A stretch of 64,000 nt of DNA from Planctomycetota bacterium. Its GTDB lineage: Bacteria > Planctomycetota > UBA11346. How positions within the stretch are numbered: position 1 is the stretch's first letter; each line of letters starts with the position of its first letter. Shown in pieces: positions 1 through 9,586 of the stretch. A model generated the notes under the pieces. It searched no databases. It was not told where the DNA came from and was given only the letters and a program-made list of their open reading frames with translations. The stretch covers positions 42,180 through 106,179 of the forward strand of contig JAKLKR010000001.1 of the NCBI GenBank assembly GCA_023150565.1, given 5' to 3'. Both the position numbers and the translations under genes were made by a program.

Positions 1-1224
1 CTGGCACGGGCGGCGCGCATCCTGCTGCTGCTGGCCGAGGGGCGTTCCGGGGTGGCGATCGCGCGCGCGCTGGCGGTGTCGCCGCAGACGGTGTGCGCTT
101 GGCGCATGCGCTTCCGCCAGCGCCGGCTGGCGGCGCTGGAGCTGCCGGCCGCCGCACCGTCCCCGGCGGCGCAGCCCGCCCAAGACCCGGCGCCCCAGCC
201 GGTGACCCTGCAACGCATCGCCGCCCTGGTGGGGGTGCACAAGTCGACCGTCCATCGCGTGCTCCAGCATGGCGGCGATGACGATTCGCCGCTGGCGCAG
301 CGCATCCGCATCGCCGCCTACGAGCTCGGCTACCGCCCGGGGGCCGCCTACGCCGTGCGCCAGGGGGTGCGGCGACGCTTCCGCCCGGGCGACGCGCGCC
401 GCCAGGTGCTGTGCTTCCTGCCCGCCTGCAGCTTCCGTTCGCCCTACCACCTGCGCCTGTGGACCGGCATCACCGATGTGCTGGCGGATTCCGGTTACGA
501 CCTGCTGCTGCGCCTGGCGGGCGGCCTGATCGACCGCCAGCTGCCGGCCGCGGTCGCGCGCGGCGAGGTGGCGGCGGTGATCACCTCCGACACTCCGAGC
601 TGGCTGGGGGTGGTGCAGGGCATGCTCGCCGGCCAGCCGGCCGAGCGCCGTCCGGCGCTGATCGGCCTGCTCAGCGCCATCCCCGGGGCGTGGAGCGTCC
701 ACCTCGACTTCCATGGCCTGGGCCGCCAGGTCATGGGCCACCTGCTCGACCTCGGGCACCACCGCCTCATCGCCATCGAGGAGCGGCCGGAGCTCACCGC
801 CGGCTTCCGTGCCGAGCTGGCGGCCCGCGGTCTCGACCCCGGCGCCCTCCAGGTCTGCCACATGGTGCCCGATCCCGGGACTGCCGAGGAACGGTTGGCC
901 AGCACCTTGGCCCGGCTGCAGGCCGCCCAGCCGCAGGCCACCGCCTTTCTCGCGCCCAACGACCCCATCGCGCTGCTGGCGGTGCGGCATTTCACCGCAC
1001 AAGGGCTGGCGGTGCCGACGGCGATGAGCGTGGTCGGTTTCGACGGCACCCATGCCCTGCCCGGTGCCGACGGCGCCAACCTGCTGACCTCGGTGGCGCT
1101 GCCGCTCGAGGAGCTGGGGCAGGCCGCCGCACGCCTGGCCATGGACCCCGGGCCGGTGCCGCGCCAGGTGCTGTTGCCGGCGACCTTCCGTGTGCGCGCC
1201 ACCACCGCCCGGGCACCTGGATGA
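1..1224 (+). CDS. LacI-family transcriptional regulator with an extra N-terminal HTH (5' partial)
   Basis: Frame open from base 1 (LARAARILLLLAEGRSGVAIARALAVSPQTVCAWRMRF). Then LacI HTH (VTLQRIAALVGVHKSTVHRVL...ELGYRP) and sugar-binding C-terminal motifs (HLLDLGHHR, APNDPIA, SVVGFDG, LTSV). Confidence 0.85.
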   Translation: MARAARILLLLAEGRSGVAIARALAVSPQTVCAWRMRFRQRRLAALELPAAAPSPAAQPAQDPAPQPVTLQRIAALVGVHKSTVHRVLQHGGDDDSPLAQRIRIAAYELGYRPGAAYAVRQGVRRRFRPGDARRQVLCFLPACSFRSPYHLRLWTGITDVLADSGYDLLLRLAGGLIDRQLPAAVARGEVAAVITSDTPSWLGVVQGMLAGQPAERRPALIGLLSAIPGAWSVHLDFHGLGRQVMGHLLDLGHHRLIAIEERPELTAGFRAELAARGLDPGALQVCHMVPDPGTAEERLASTLARLQAAQPQATAFLAPNDPIALLAVRHFTAQGLAVPTAMSVVGFDGTHALPGADGANLLTSVALPLEELGQAAARLAMDPGPVPRQVLLPATFRVRATTARAPG

Positions 1225-1230
1225 GGCGGG

Positions 1231-1310
1231 GGTTCTTCAAGGACCCTGCCCGCGTGCAACCCGGGGCTGGAGAATGGCCCTCCACCCGGCCCGGTGGCCG
1301 GGATGCAAAG
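1231..1310 (+). promoter_or_regulatory. Putative regulatory motif, copy 1 (GGTTCTTCAAG-N14-GCAACC ... CCTCCA-N19-TGYAA)
   Basis: Same words and spacings recur at 7886-7955. Both copies lie ~210-220 nt upstream of glycan-related operons. Confidence 0.45.
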
Positions 1311-1451
1311 CCGCTGGCGACAAGGGTCTTCCTGGCCGCCACCGGGTTCGGCCGAGCGCTGCCGCCCAGGGAAAGACTTTTTGCGCCGCCGCCTGCTGGC
1401 GTGCACGATGACCGCTGCCGAGTTCCTGCGCCCGCCCACGGAAGGACGATC

Positions 1452-4400
1452 ATGACCAATTCCCGCCTGCGCTCCGTCTGCACCACCCTGCTGCTGCTCG
1501 CCGCGCCCCTGGCCTTCGCCGGTGGCGGTCGCGACCGCGTCGCCGGCGATGAGCTGCCGGTGCCGGTGACGCCCGGTCCGATCACGGTCGACGGCGACCT
1601 GGGCGAATGGGATCCGGCCCAGGCCAAGATCCTCGGCCTGGACATGAGCGGCGGCGAGGATTCGGCGCTGGTCCGGCCGGCTTTCGCCGACTACTCGGCG
1701 CGGGTGGCGCTGCGCCACGACGAGCAGGCGCTGTACGTGGCGGTGTGGTGGCGCACCCCCAGACCGCTCAGCGGAACCGGCGATGCGGCCCAGGTCCCGC
1801 CTGGCGACGGCCTGGTGCTGCACCTGCCGGTGCGCGGCATGACCCACCTGGCGCTGTGGCGCCAGGACGCGGACACCGCCCGGGCGGTGCTGGCGAGCGG
1901 CTCCGAGCCGTTCGCGGCCGGGCGTGCGGTGGCGGAGATCGCCCAGGCCTTCCGCGTCACCGGAGCGACCTCCTACACCCAGGAGGTGCGCATCCCCTGG
2001 AGCGCGCTCGGCGGCCGCCTCGCCGACAGCGCGGTGCACCGGGTGGGGGTCGAGCTGTGCTTCGCCGGCCTGGATCCGACCGCCGGCTACCAGGCCGCGC
2101 TGCGCGAACTCGACGCCACCGGCCAGTACCAGGGCAACCGCTGGGGCGGCATGATGTGCTGGGGTTACGTCGACGGGCTCGCCAACCTGGACATGACCCA
2201 GCCGAGCATGAATCCCGAATTGGGTGCCGAGGTGGCGCTGATGCCGGCCGGGTCCAAGGCCCCGGCCAACCCGGCGGTGCTGTACCTCGGCCACGAGCAG
2301 ACCCGCACCACGCGCATGATCGCGGTCCCTGCTGGCGCCATCGCCGTCGATGGCCTGCTGTCGCCCGGCGAGTGGGAAGCCGCCAGCGCCACCACCATCG
2401 CCTCCGAGCCGACCCTGATGCCCGGCCGCTATGCGGTGGATGTGCACTGGGCCTATGCCCCCGCCGGCCTCTACGTCGGCCTGCGCTGGCGCACCGCCGG
2501 GCCGCACCTCAACATCAGCGATCCCCAGCGCACCGACCACGGCTACGACGGCGGCGATGCGCTGCAGATCCGCTTGGCCACCGACCGCGTGACCCACATC
2601 GACGCCTGGTACCACGACCAGAGCCGCACCGGCACCATCGGCATGGTCTACGGCGCGCGCTTCAACGAGGGCAAGCTCGCCAACGCCCTGACCGCGGGCG
2701 CGCAGATGGCGCTCAAGGACACCCCCGGCGGCGGCTACACCCAGGAGCTGTTCCTGCCCTGGGCGCTGATCACCAGGGATGGCAAGCCCCTGGCCGAGGG
2801 CGGCAGGTTGCGCGCCATCCTCGACGTGTTCTTCAGCGGCCTGGAGGGCAACCGCCTGCCGTTCATCCTCAACGCGCGCCTGGAGTCCGGTGGTGGCCTG
2901 GCGCTGCCGGTGACGACTCCGCGCGACGGCTACTATTCCGCGGTGATCGAGGACCCCGACACCCGCCGGGTGGTGCGCCGGCTGTGGAACGCGGTCAAGG
3001 CCGGCAAGGGCCAGGGCCTGCCGCGCTGGGACGGTCTGACCGACGACGGCGCGGTGGCGCCGGCCAAGACCTACCAGGTGCGCGGCCTGCACCACACCGG
3101 GGTGGCGGCGCGCTACCTGTCGTCGCTCAACAACCCCGGCGCCCCGACCTGGCAGACCGACGACGGCACCGGCGACTGGGGCGGCGACCACGGCAATCCC
3201 AACAGCGTGGCCGCCGACGCCGACGGCGTGGTGCTGGGCTGGCCGGCGGCCGAGGACGGCTACGGGGTGATCGGCTGCGATGCCGACGGGAAGAAGAAGT
3301 GGGGCTTCTTCGGCACCCCCGCCAACCAGGGCTACGGCGACTGCGGCGTGGGCCTGGTGGCGGTCGACGGCGGCAGGGTGTACGTGGCCAGCGAGGTGCA
3401 CGTCAGCCCGCCCAAGGACGCCAAGTATCTGGCCGCCTTCCGCACCGCGGTGTCCTGCCTCGATCGCAGCACCGGCCGTCGCGCCGGGTTCTCGCTCAAG
3501 GAACCGTTCACCGTCATCGCCAATCTCGAATCGTCGAACACCCGCATGGGCTGGTGGTGGGACCTGTGGCCGACCCGGGACTTCTCGCTCGACACCCGCT
3601 CGATCTCCGAGGACTACGGCTTCAGCGGCCGGGTGATCGGCGGCAACCTGGTCGGCCTGGCCGCGCTTAAGGGGCGGGTCTTCGTCGCCTTCCGCAGCGA
3701 CGGCTGCATCAAGGTCTACGACGGCGCCACCATGGCCGAGCAGGCGGTGTGGAAGCTCGACAAGCCGGGCGGCCTGTGCGCGGCGCCCGACGGCGGTCTG
3801 CTGGCGATCAGCGGCACCCAGGTGGTGCGCCTCGACCCCGCCACCGGCGCCGCCACCCCGGTGGTGCGCAGCGGCCTCAAGGCCCCGGTGGCCCTGGCGG
3901 TGGCCAGGGACGGCGCCATCTACGTCTCGGAGTGGGCCGACGTGCAGTGCGTGCGGGTGTTCGCCCAGGATGGCAGCGCCCTGCGCACCATCGGCAAGCC
4001 CGGCGGCAGGCCGTGGGTCGGCGCCTATGATCCCGCCGGCATGCTCATGCCGCGCGGCCTCGCCCTCGACGCCAGGGGCCGCCTGTGGGTGGCCGAGGAC
4101 GACAACCACCCGCGCCGGGTCAGCGTGTGGGATGCCGCCAGCGGCAGGCTGGTGCAGGAGTTCAACGGCGGGACGCTCTACGGCGCCTCCTGCGGCGGCC
4201 AGATCGCGCCCTGGGATGCGTCGCGCGCCATCAGCGCCGGCATGTGGTACGGCATCGACCTGGGCAAGGAGGGCTACCGGCCGCTGGCGACCCTCGACCG
4301 CCGGCGCAGCCTCGACCAGCCGTTCTACTTCGACTTCCATGCCAACGCCGCCCCCGCCAAGCGCTTCCTGAGCGTCGGCGGGCGCCGCTTCCTGACCGCC

Positions 4401-6059
4401 GGCCAGCACCACCTCGCGCTCGGCGAACTCCAGGCCGACGGCACCTGGAAGCCGCTGTGCGCCATCGGCCGCGCCACCGGCAAGAGCGAGGCCCAGCTGC
4501 GCTGGCACGAGAGCCCGTGGCCGGCCTTCTTCCAGAAGCACCCGAAGGACAACTACATCTGGATCGACCGCAACCGCGACGGGGCCTGCCAGGAGGACGA
4601 GTTCCAGTGGCGGCCGGTGGACCAGGAGGTCGGCAGCTGGTCGGTCTACTGGAGCACCGGCGGCTTCGACGCGGGCTTCAACGCCTACCTCGGCGGCAAC
4701 GGCAACCGGGTGGTGAAGATCCCCTTCGGCGGCTGGGATGACGCCGGGCTGCCGCGCTTCGACATCGCCCAGGCCGCGGTGGCCGCGCGCCTGCCCGCCG
4801 GCGAGTTCCAGGCGGTGGCGGTGGATGCCGCGTCCGCCCAGATCTTCACCGTGGTCGAGGCCAACTCGCGCCGCTGGAAGAACAAGGACCCCGGCCTGTA
4901 CAGCTTCCGCGCCGACGGGTCGCTGTGGTGGCGCATCCTCGGCAACGAGGACGTGCGCCCGCTCGGCAACCTCAACGGCGAATGCGTGATGGGGCCGGTT
5001 GACGCGGGCGGCGAGCTCGGCGGCCTGCTCTCGACCACCCAGTGGCACGGCCTGCATGTGCCGCTGATCACCACCGACGGCATCTATGTCGGGCGCGTGC
5101 TGCGCGACCCCGCCGAGGGCGGCGAGCCCGGACCGGACATGTTCCGCGGCGAGTGCATCCAGTACCTCAACCGCCTTGAAGACGGGCGGGTGGTGCTGGC
5201 GCACGGCAAGAACGTCCACCACTTCTTCGCCATCGACGGGCTCGACACCGTCAGACGCTTCGCCACCACCGTCACGGTGTCGGCCGAGGACGTGGGCAGG
5301 GCCCAGGCCCGCCTGCAGGAGCGCGATGCCGGCGCCAGGCAGGCGGCAGCGGTCGCCATCGAGCTGCGCCGGGAAGCGGTGGTGGTGGTGGACGGCCGGC
5401 TCGACGAGTGGGCCGGGGTCGCGGCCACCCCGGTCGGCCCGGTTGAGGGCACCCCGCGCGCCCAGGTCATGCTGCGCAGCGATGGGCGCAGGCTCTACGC
5501 CGCCTGGAAGGTGGCCAAGAACGGCGGCTACCTCAACGCCGGCGAGGATCCCGCCCGCCTGTTCCTGAGCGGCGACGCGGTCGACCTGCACCTGTGCACC
5601 GATGCCGCGCCGGTGGCCGGCCGCGCCGAGCCGGGCGCCAGCGACTGCCGCATCGTCCTCGGCCGCTGCGGCAAGGAGGGGGTGGCGATGGTCTACCGGG
5701 TCAAGGCGCGCGGCCCGGCCAGGCCGCTGGCCTTCAGCTCGCCCAACCGCCAGGTGGAGTTCGAGCAGGTCGAGCGCCTGCCGGGGGCGCAGGTGGCGGT
5801 GGCCGATGCCGAAGGCGGCTACGTGGTCGAGGCGGCCCTGCCGGTGGCGGCGCTGTTCGAGGACCCCGACGCGCTGTGGCAGGGGCGGCGGATCCTCGGC
5901 GACGTGGGGGTGATCGTGGCCGACGCCACCGGCCGGCGGGTGGTGCGCCTGTACCGCTTCAACCAGGCGGCGCACATCGTCAACGACGTGCCCAGCGAAG
6001 CGGTGCTGCAGCCCGGCCAGTGGGGCACCCTGGAGGTGCGTCCGGTGGCCAGGCCGTGA
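1452..6059 (+). CDS. Large secreted multidomain protein (CBM9-like sugar-binding domains, FlgD-Ig-like segment, NHL/beta-propeller repeats), ~1535 aa
   Basis: ATG 1452 after GAAGGA. Signal peptide MTNSRLRSVCTTLLLLAAPLAFA. Three (I/V)xVDGxLxEW-type CBM9-like starts, WDGLTDDG FlgD-Ig-like motif, NHL-like repeats (PVALAVARDGAIYVSE, PRGLALDARGRLWVAE), DRNRDG loop. Confidence 0.75.
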   Translation: MTNSRLRSVCTTLLLLAAPLAFAGGGRDRVAGDELPVPVTPGPITVDGDLGEWDPAQAKILGLDMSGGEDSALVRPAFADYSARVALRHDEQALYVAVWWRTPRPLSGTGDAAQVPPGDGLVLHLPVRGMTHLALWRQDADTARAVLASGSEPFAAGRAVAEIAQAFRVTGATSYTQEVRIPWSALGGRLADSAVHRVGVELCFAGLDPTAGYQAALRELDATGQYQGNRWGGMMCWGYVDGLANLDMTQPSMNPELGAEVALMPAGSKAPANPAVLYLGHEQTRTTRMIAVPAGAIAVDGLLSPGEWEAASATTIASEPTLMPGRYAVDVHWAYAPAGLYVGLRWRTAGPHLNISDPQRTDHGYDGGDALQIRLATDRVTHIDAWYHDQSRTGTIGMVYGARFNEGKLANALTAGAQMALKDTPGGGYTQELFLPWALITRDGKPLAEGGRLRAILDVFFSGLEGNRLPFILNARLESGGGLALPVTTPRDGYYSAVIEDPDTRRVVRRLWNAVKAGKGQGLPRWDGLTDDGAVAPAKTYQVRGLHHTGVAARYLSSLNNPGAPTWQTDDGTGDWGGDHGNPNSVAADADGVVLGWPAAEDGYGVIGCDADGKKKWGFFGTPANQGYGDCGVGLVAVDGGRVYVASEVHVSPPKDAKYLAAFRTAVSCLDRSTGRRAGFSLKEPFTVIANLESSNTRMGWWWDLWPTRDFSLDTRSISEDYGFSGRVIGGNLVGLAALKGRVFVAFRSDGCIKVYDGATMAEQAVWKLDKPGGLCAAPDGGLLAISGTQVVRLDPATGAATPVVRSGLKAPVALAVARDGAIYVSEWADVQCVRVFAQDGSALRTIGKPGGRPWVGAYDPAGMLMPRGLALDARGRLWVAEDDNHPRRVSVWDAASGRLVQEFNGGTLYGASCGGQIAPWDASRAISAGMWYGIDLGKEGYRPLATLDRRRSLDQPFYFDFHANAAPAKRFLSVGGRRFLTAGQHHLALGELQADGTWKPLCAIGRATGKSEAQLRWHESPWPAFFQKHPKDNYIWIDRNRDGACQEDEFQWRPVDQEVGSWSVYWSTGGFDAGFNAYLGGNGNRVVKIPFGGWDDAGLPRFDIAQAAVAARLPAGEFQAVAVDAASAQIFTVVEANSRRWKNKDPGLYSFRADGSLWWRILGNEDVRPLGNLNGECVMGPVDAGGELGGLLSTTQWHGLHVPLITTDGIYVGRVLRDPAEGGEPGPDMFRGECIQYLNRLEDGRVVLAHGKNVHHFFAIDGLDTVRRFATTVTVSAEDVGRAQARLQERDAGARQAAAVAIELRREAVVVVDGRLDEWAGVAATPVGPVEGTPRAQVMLRSDGRRLYAAWKVAKNGGYLNAGEDPARLFLSGDAVDLHLCTDAAPVAGRAEPGASDCRIVLGRCGKEGVAMVYRVKARGPARPLAFSSPNRQVEFEQVERLPGAQVAVADAEGGYVVEAALPVAALFEDPDALWQGRRILGDVGVIVADATGRRVVRLYRFNQAAHIVNDVPSEAVLQPGQWGTLEVRPVARP

Positions 6060-6778
6060 TCCGCCCGGCCCTGCTGCTGCTGGCCTGCACCGCCCTCGCG
6101 GCGCAGGAGCCGCTGCTGGTCTACGACGTGACCTTCGACGACCAGCCGGCGGGCGGGCAGCTGCGCCTGGTGGACTTCGACGGCTGGGCCGCCGCCGAGC
6201 GGCCCGGCGACCGCGGCCTGCCCCTGCGCGCCCCGCGCTTCCTGCGCGGCGTCACCCCCACCCGCAGCGCGCAGGTGGTCGAGCAGGCGGCGGGGATGAC
6301 CCGCCCGGCGGTGCTCGCCTTCACCGACGGCGAGCAGCCGCACTGGGGGCCGACCCTGTGCTTCACCATCCCCCGCCGCCTGCTCGCGCCGGACGCGCGC
6401 TGGCGGGTCGGCCTCGATGCCGCCAAGAGCACCATCGCCATCTCGGGCGGCGTCCACCTGTGGGACGTCAGCGAGCTGGAATGGCACGAGGACGGCACCC
6501 TGCGCAACAACGGCGTCGAGGTCGGCCGCTACGCCGCCAACCGCAAGCAGCGCCTGGAGTTCACCGTCGACGGGGCGGCGCGCACGGTGGCGCTGGCGAT
6601 CGACGGGGTGGCGCTGCCGGTGCTGCCCTGGAAGCGCCCCAAAGGCACCTTCGGTGAACTGCGCGTGCACGGCCTGCTGCCAGGCGGCCACAACGAGGCG
6701 CCGAGCGCGATGGTGGTCGACAACATCCGCATCGAGCGCCTGCCCGCCCTGCCTTCTTCGGCTTCGGCAACGCGCTGA
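6056..6778 (+). CDS. Secreted hypothetical protein, possible lectin-like beta-sandwich
   Basis: GTGA overlap with upstream stop. Signal peptide (IRPALLLLACTALAA), starts VYDVTFDD, ends VVDNIRIE as in jelly-roll domains. Confidence 0.55.
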   Translation: MIRPALLLLACTALAAQEPLLVYDVTFDDQPAGGQLRLVDFDGWAAAERPGDRGLPLRAPRFLRGVTPTRSAQVVEQAAGMTRPAVLAFTDGEQPHWGPTLCFTIPRRLLAPDARWRVGLDAAKSTIAISGGVHLWDVSELEWHEDGTLRNNGVEVGRYAANRKQRLEFTVDGAARTVALAIDGVALPVLPWKRPKGTFGELRVHGLLPGGHNEAPSAMVVDNIRIERLPALPSSASATR

Positions 6779-6818
6779 GCGCCGCTTGGCAGGCCGGGTG
6801 CGGCGGGAAAGCTCCCGC

Positions 6819-7655
6819 ATGCCCGCCACCGCCCCCACCCCCGTCCTCACCCTCCCGCTGTGGGACGGCCCCGCCCCCGGCGAGCCGGCCGTGCCCGCCA
6901 AGCCCGAGCAGATGATCACCGAGGGCGGCGTCACCCGCGCCAACGACGTCAGCGTGCCCACCATCTCGGTCTACCAGCCCGCCGGCGGGCGCGGCAACGG
7001 CACCGCGGTGGTGGTGTGCCCCGGCGGCGGCTACCACATCCTGGCCTGGGACCTGGAAGGCACCGAGGTCGTGGAGTGGCTGCTGTCGTGCGGGATCACC
7101 GCCATCCTGCTCAAGTACCGCTGCCCGGTGCGCCACGACCGCCCGCGCCATGAGGCCGGGGTACAGGACCTGCAGCGCGCCCTCAGCCTGGTGCGCAGCC
7201 GCGCCGCCGAATGGGGCATCCGCCCCGACCGCATCGGCGCGCTCGGCTTCTCGGCCGGCGGCAACTGCGTGGCCTGCGCCTCGGCCGGCGCTCTGCCGCG
7301 GCTGTACCCGGCCGGCGATGCCGCCGACCAGGCCGCCTGCCGGCCGGACTTCTCGGTGCTGGTCTATCCCGCCTGGCTGGTGGACTACGGCACCCTGACC
7401 ATGGCGCCCGAGGTCACGCCCGCCGCCGGCGCCCCGCCGGCCTTCCTCGCCCACGCCCACGACGACGGCCATTCGAGCGAGAGCAGCATCGCCTACTACC
7501 TGGCGCTCAAGCGCCTGGGCATCAACGCCGAACTGCACATCTACGGCAGCGGCGGCCACGGCTACGGCCTGCGCCCCTCGGCGCACGCGGTGCACACCTG
7601 GCCGGCGCGCTGCCGCGAGTGGATGGCCGGGCGCGGTCTGATCCCAATGGCGTAA
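6819..7655 (+). CDS. Alpha/beta hydrolase (carbohydrate/acetyl esterase-like)
   Basis: CPGGGY oxyanion motif, GFSAGG nucleophile elbow, RPDFSVLVYP, HIYGSGGHGYG. Confidence 0.85.
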   Translation: MPATAPTPVLTLPLWDGPAPGEPAVPAKPEQMITEGGVTRANDVSVPTISVYQPAGGRGNGTAVVVCPGGGYHILAWDLEGTEVVEWLLSCGITAILLKYRCPVRHDRPRHEAGVQDLQRALSLVRSRAAEWGIRPDRIGALGFSAGGNCVACASAGALPRLYPAGDAADQAACRPDFSVLVYPAWLVDYGTLTMAPEVTPAAGAPPAFLAHAHDDGHSSESSIAYYLALKRLGINAELHIYGSGGHGYGLRPSAHAVHTWPARCREWMAGRGLIPMA

Positions 7656-7885
7656 AGCTGAGGCTGATCGAGCGCCGTGGACGGCGCTTGCGGAGCGTCG
7701 ACGCCCACGTCGACGCCGCGCTGACGCTGCCATGGTCCCAGATCGGCGCTTTACGCCATCGGCCTGACCCCGCCTGATCGTCAGGCCAGCGCCGCCTCGG
7801 CCATGACCGCGACGTTGGCCGGCGGCACGTCCGGCTGCCCGCCCTCGACCTTCCGCGCCCGCCATCGCGCCGGGCGGTGAAGGCG

Positions 7886-7955
7886 GGTTCTTCAAGTCCG
7901 TGTGCCGCCGGCAACCACGCGGGCCTCCATGGGGTTCGGGCGCTGATCTGTAAGA
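7886..7955 (+). promoter_or_regulatory. Putative regulatory motif, copy 2
   Basis: GGTTCTTCAAG(7886)-N14-GCAACC(7911), then CCTCCA-N19-TGTAA(7949). Matches 1231-1310. Confidence 0.45.
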
Positions 7956-8093
7956 AATGTCGGGGTAATTGCTTGTGAAAAGCCGAGGTGACCACCGCCA
8001 AGCCTCTTCAAGCTCATAAGAAGTTTGGCCGGCGAGAGGACGCGGGATAAGGTGGGGGCGTCGTTCTCCATCCCGAGCCGAGGTCAGGACGCC

Positions 8094-9578
8094 ATGCCGG
8101 CCACCTACTGCAATCCCCTGCCGCTGCCCGACTACCAGGCCGGGCGCGACTGCCTGCGGCCGGGTTTCGCCGGCCGCCACTTCCGCGAGATGGCGGATCC
8201 CACCGTGGTGCGGTTCAAGGGCCGCTGGTACCTCTTCCCGTCGGCGGGCATGCTGTGGCATTCCGACGACATGCTGGACTGGACCCACCACCGCATCGAG
8301 CCCTTCGATCCCGGCTACGCCCCCACCGTGGTGGTGCACGGCGACTGGCTGTACCTGAGCTCGTCGTGGGACGGCTCGGCGATCTGGCGCGCGCGCGATC
8401 CCCTCGGCAGCTGGGAACGCCTGGGCGAGCGCGGGCTGGACGAGGATGGCAACCCCACCTGGCTGCGCGACCACACCGGCCGGCCGGTGCGTTGGGGCGA
8501 TCCCTGCCTGTTCAGCGACGACGACGGCGAACTGTACTGCTACTGCAACCTCGCCCTCGACCATCTGCCGTCGCCCGACCACCCCTGGCGGCTCAAGCCG
8601 GCGGCGGGGGCGATCTTCGGTGTGCGGCTGCGCCGCGACGACCCCACCCGCTTCGCCGAGGCGCCGCGCGAGCTGGTCGCCTTCAATCCCGGGCTGCATC
8701 CCTGGGAGGCCACCGGCAGCAGCAACCAGGACCACCTGAATCCGGTGCTGGAGGGGGCGTGGCTGACCAAGCACGGTGGGCGCTACTACCTGCAATACAG
8801 CGCCAATGGCACCGAGTTCCGCAACTACGCCCTGGGCTGCTATGTCGGCGATTCGCCCCTGGGTCCCTTCCGTCCGCAGCGGCGCAATCCCATCCTGGTG
8901 GGGGCGCACGGTCTGGTGAACGGCTGCGCCCACCATTCGGTGGTCGAGGGGCCGGACGGCGGCCTGTGGTGCTTCTACACCTGCCGGGTGCGCATCGACC
9001 ACCCCATGGAGCGGCGCATCGGCATGGATCCGGTGCGCTTCACCGCCGAGGGCGAGATGCACGTCGACGGCCCCAGCGACACCCCGCGGGCGGCGCCGGC
9101 GGCCGGCGGCGGCCGGCTCGGCCTGGTGGCGCTGTCGGTCGACGCCGGCTGCAGCGCCTCGAGCGCGCGCGACGGCCATCCGGCGTTCTACGCCTGCGAC
9201 GACAGCATCCGCACCTGGTGGCAGGCCGCCGACGCCGCGGTGCCGCAGTGGCTCGAAAGCGACCTCCACGCCGCCTTCGAGACCGCCGGTGCGCGGGTGA
9301 TGTTCGCCGACCGCGGCCTCGACTGGCGCACCGGGGTGGTGCCCGGCCCCTACCGCTACCGCATCCTCGGACGCGAGCATGCCCGCCAGGAGTGGTCGCT
9401 GCTGGTGGACCGCAGCGACAACGCCATCGACCGCCACATCGCCTACGAGACCTGGCCGGCCCGGCGCGTGCGCCACGTGCGCCTCGAGATCCTCGCCGCC
9501 CCGCCCGGGATGGCGATCGCGGTGTGGCAGTTCACCGTCTTCGGCCTCCCTCATGGCGTGGCCGCCATCCCCGGCTGA
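8094..9578 (+). CDS. GH43-family glycoside hydrolase with C-terminal F5/8 type C (discoidin)-like domain
   Basis: TYCNPL, ADPTVV, YAPTVV, GDPCLFSDDDG, LEGAWLTKHGGRYYLQYS, SPLGPF, ERRIG motifs. C-terminal ACDDSIRTWW...QWLESDL...RHVRL. Confidence 0.85.
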   Translation: MPATYCNPLPLPDYQAGRDCLRPGFAGRHFREMADPTVVRFKGRWYLFPSAGMLWHSDDMLDWTHHRIEPFDPGYAPTVVVHGDWLYLSSSWDGSAIWRARDPLGSWERLGERGLDEDGNPTWLRDHTGRPVRWGDPCLFSDDDGELYCYCNLALDHLPSPDHPWRLKPAAGAIFGVRLRRDDPTRFAEAPRELVAFNPGLHPWEATGSSNQDHLNPVLEGAWLTKHGGRYYLQYSANGTEFRNYALGCYVGDSPLGPFRPQRRNPILVGAHGLVNGCAHHSVVEGPDGGLWCFYTCRVRIDHPMERRIGMDPVRFTAEGEMHVDGPSDTPRAAPAAGGGRLGLVALSVDAGCSASSARDGHPAFYACDDSIRTWWQAADAAVPQWLESDLHAAFETAGARVMFADRGLDWRTGVVPGPYRYRILGREHARQEWSLLVDRSDNAIDRHIAYETWPARRVRHVRLEILAAPPGMAIAVWQFTVFGLPHGVAAIPG

Positions 9579-9586
9579 GGCATCGC

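Noticed and set aside
1285-1365. Possible c-di-GMP-I (GEMM) riboswitch (hairpin then GGGATGCAAAGCC)
   Set aside because: Lacks the GG(C/A)AAAC 5' strand and GNRA tetraloop, and the second stem is unconvincing. An Infernal search would be needed.
411-1451. N-terminal 347 aa of the 1882-aa ORF
   Set aside because: Overlaps the LacI gene in another frame. The real start is ATG 1452, with an RBS and signal peptide.
495-5975. Very long antisense/alternate-frame ORFs (e.g. 495-5975, 6561-9554, 11374-13896, 37229-39748, 41982-44687)
   Set aside because: Shadow ORFs expected from high-GC codon bias. They overlap well-supported genes and have no motifs.
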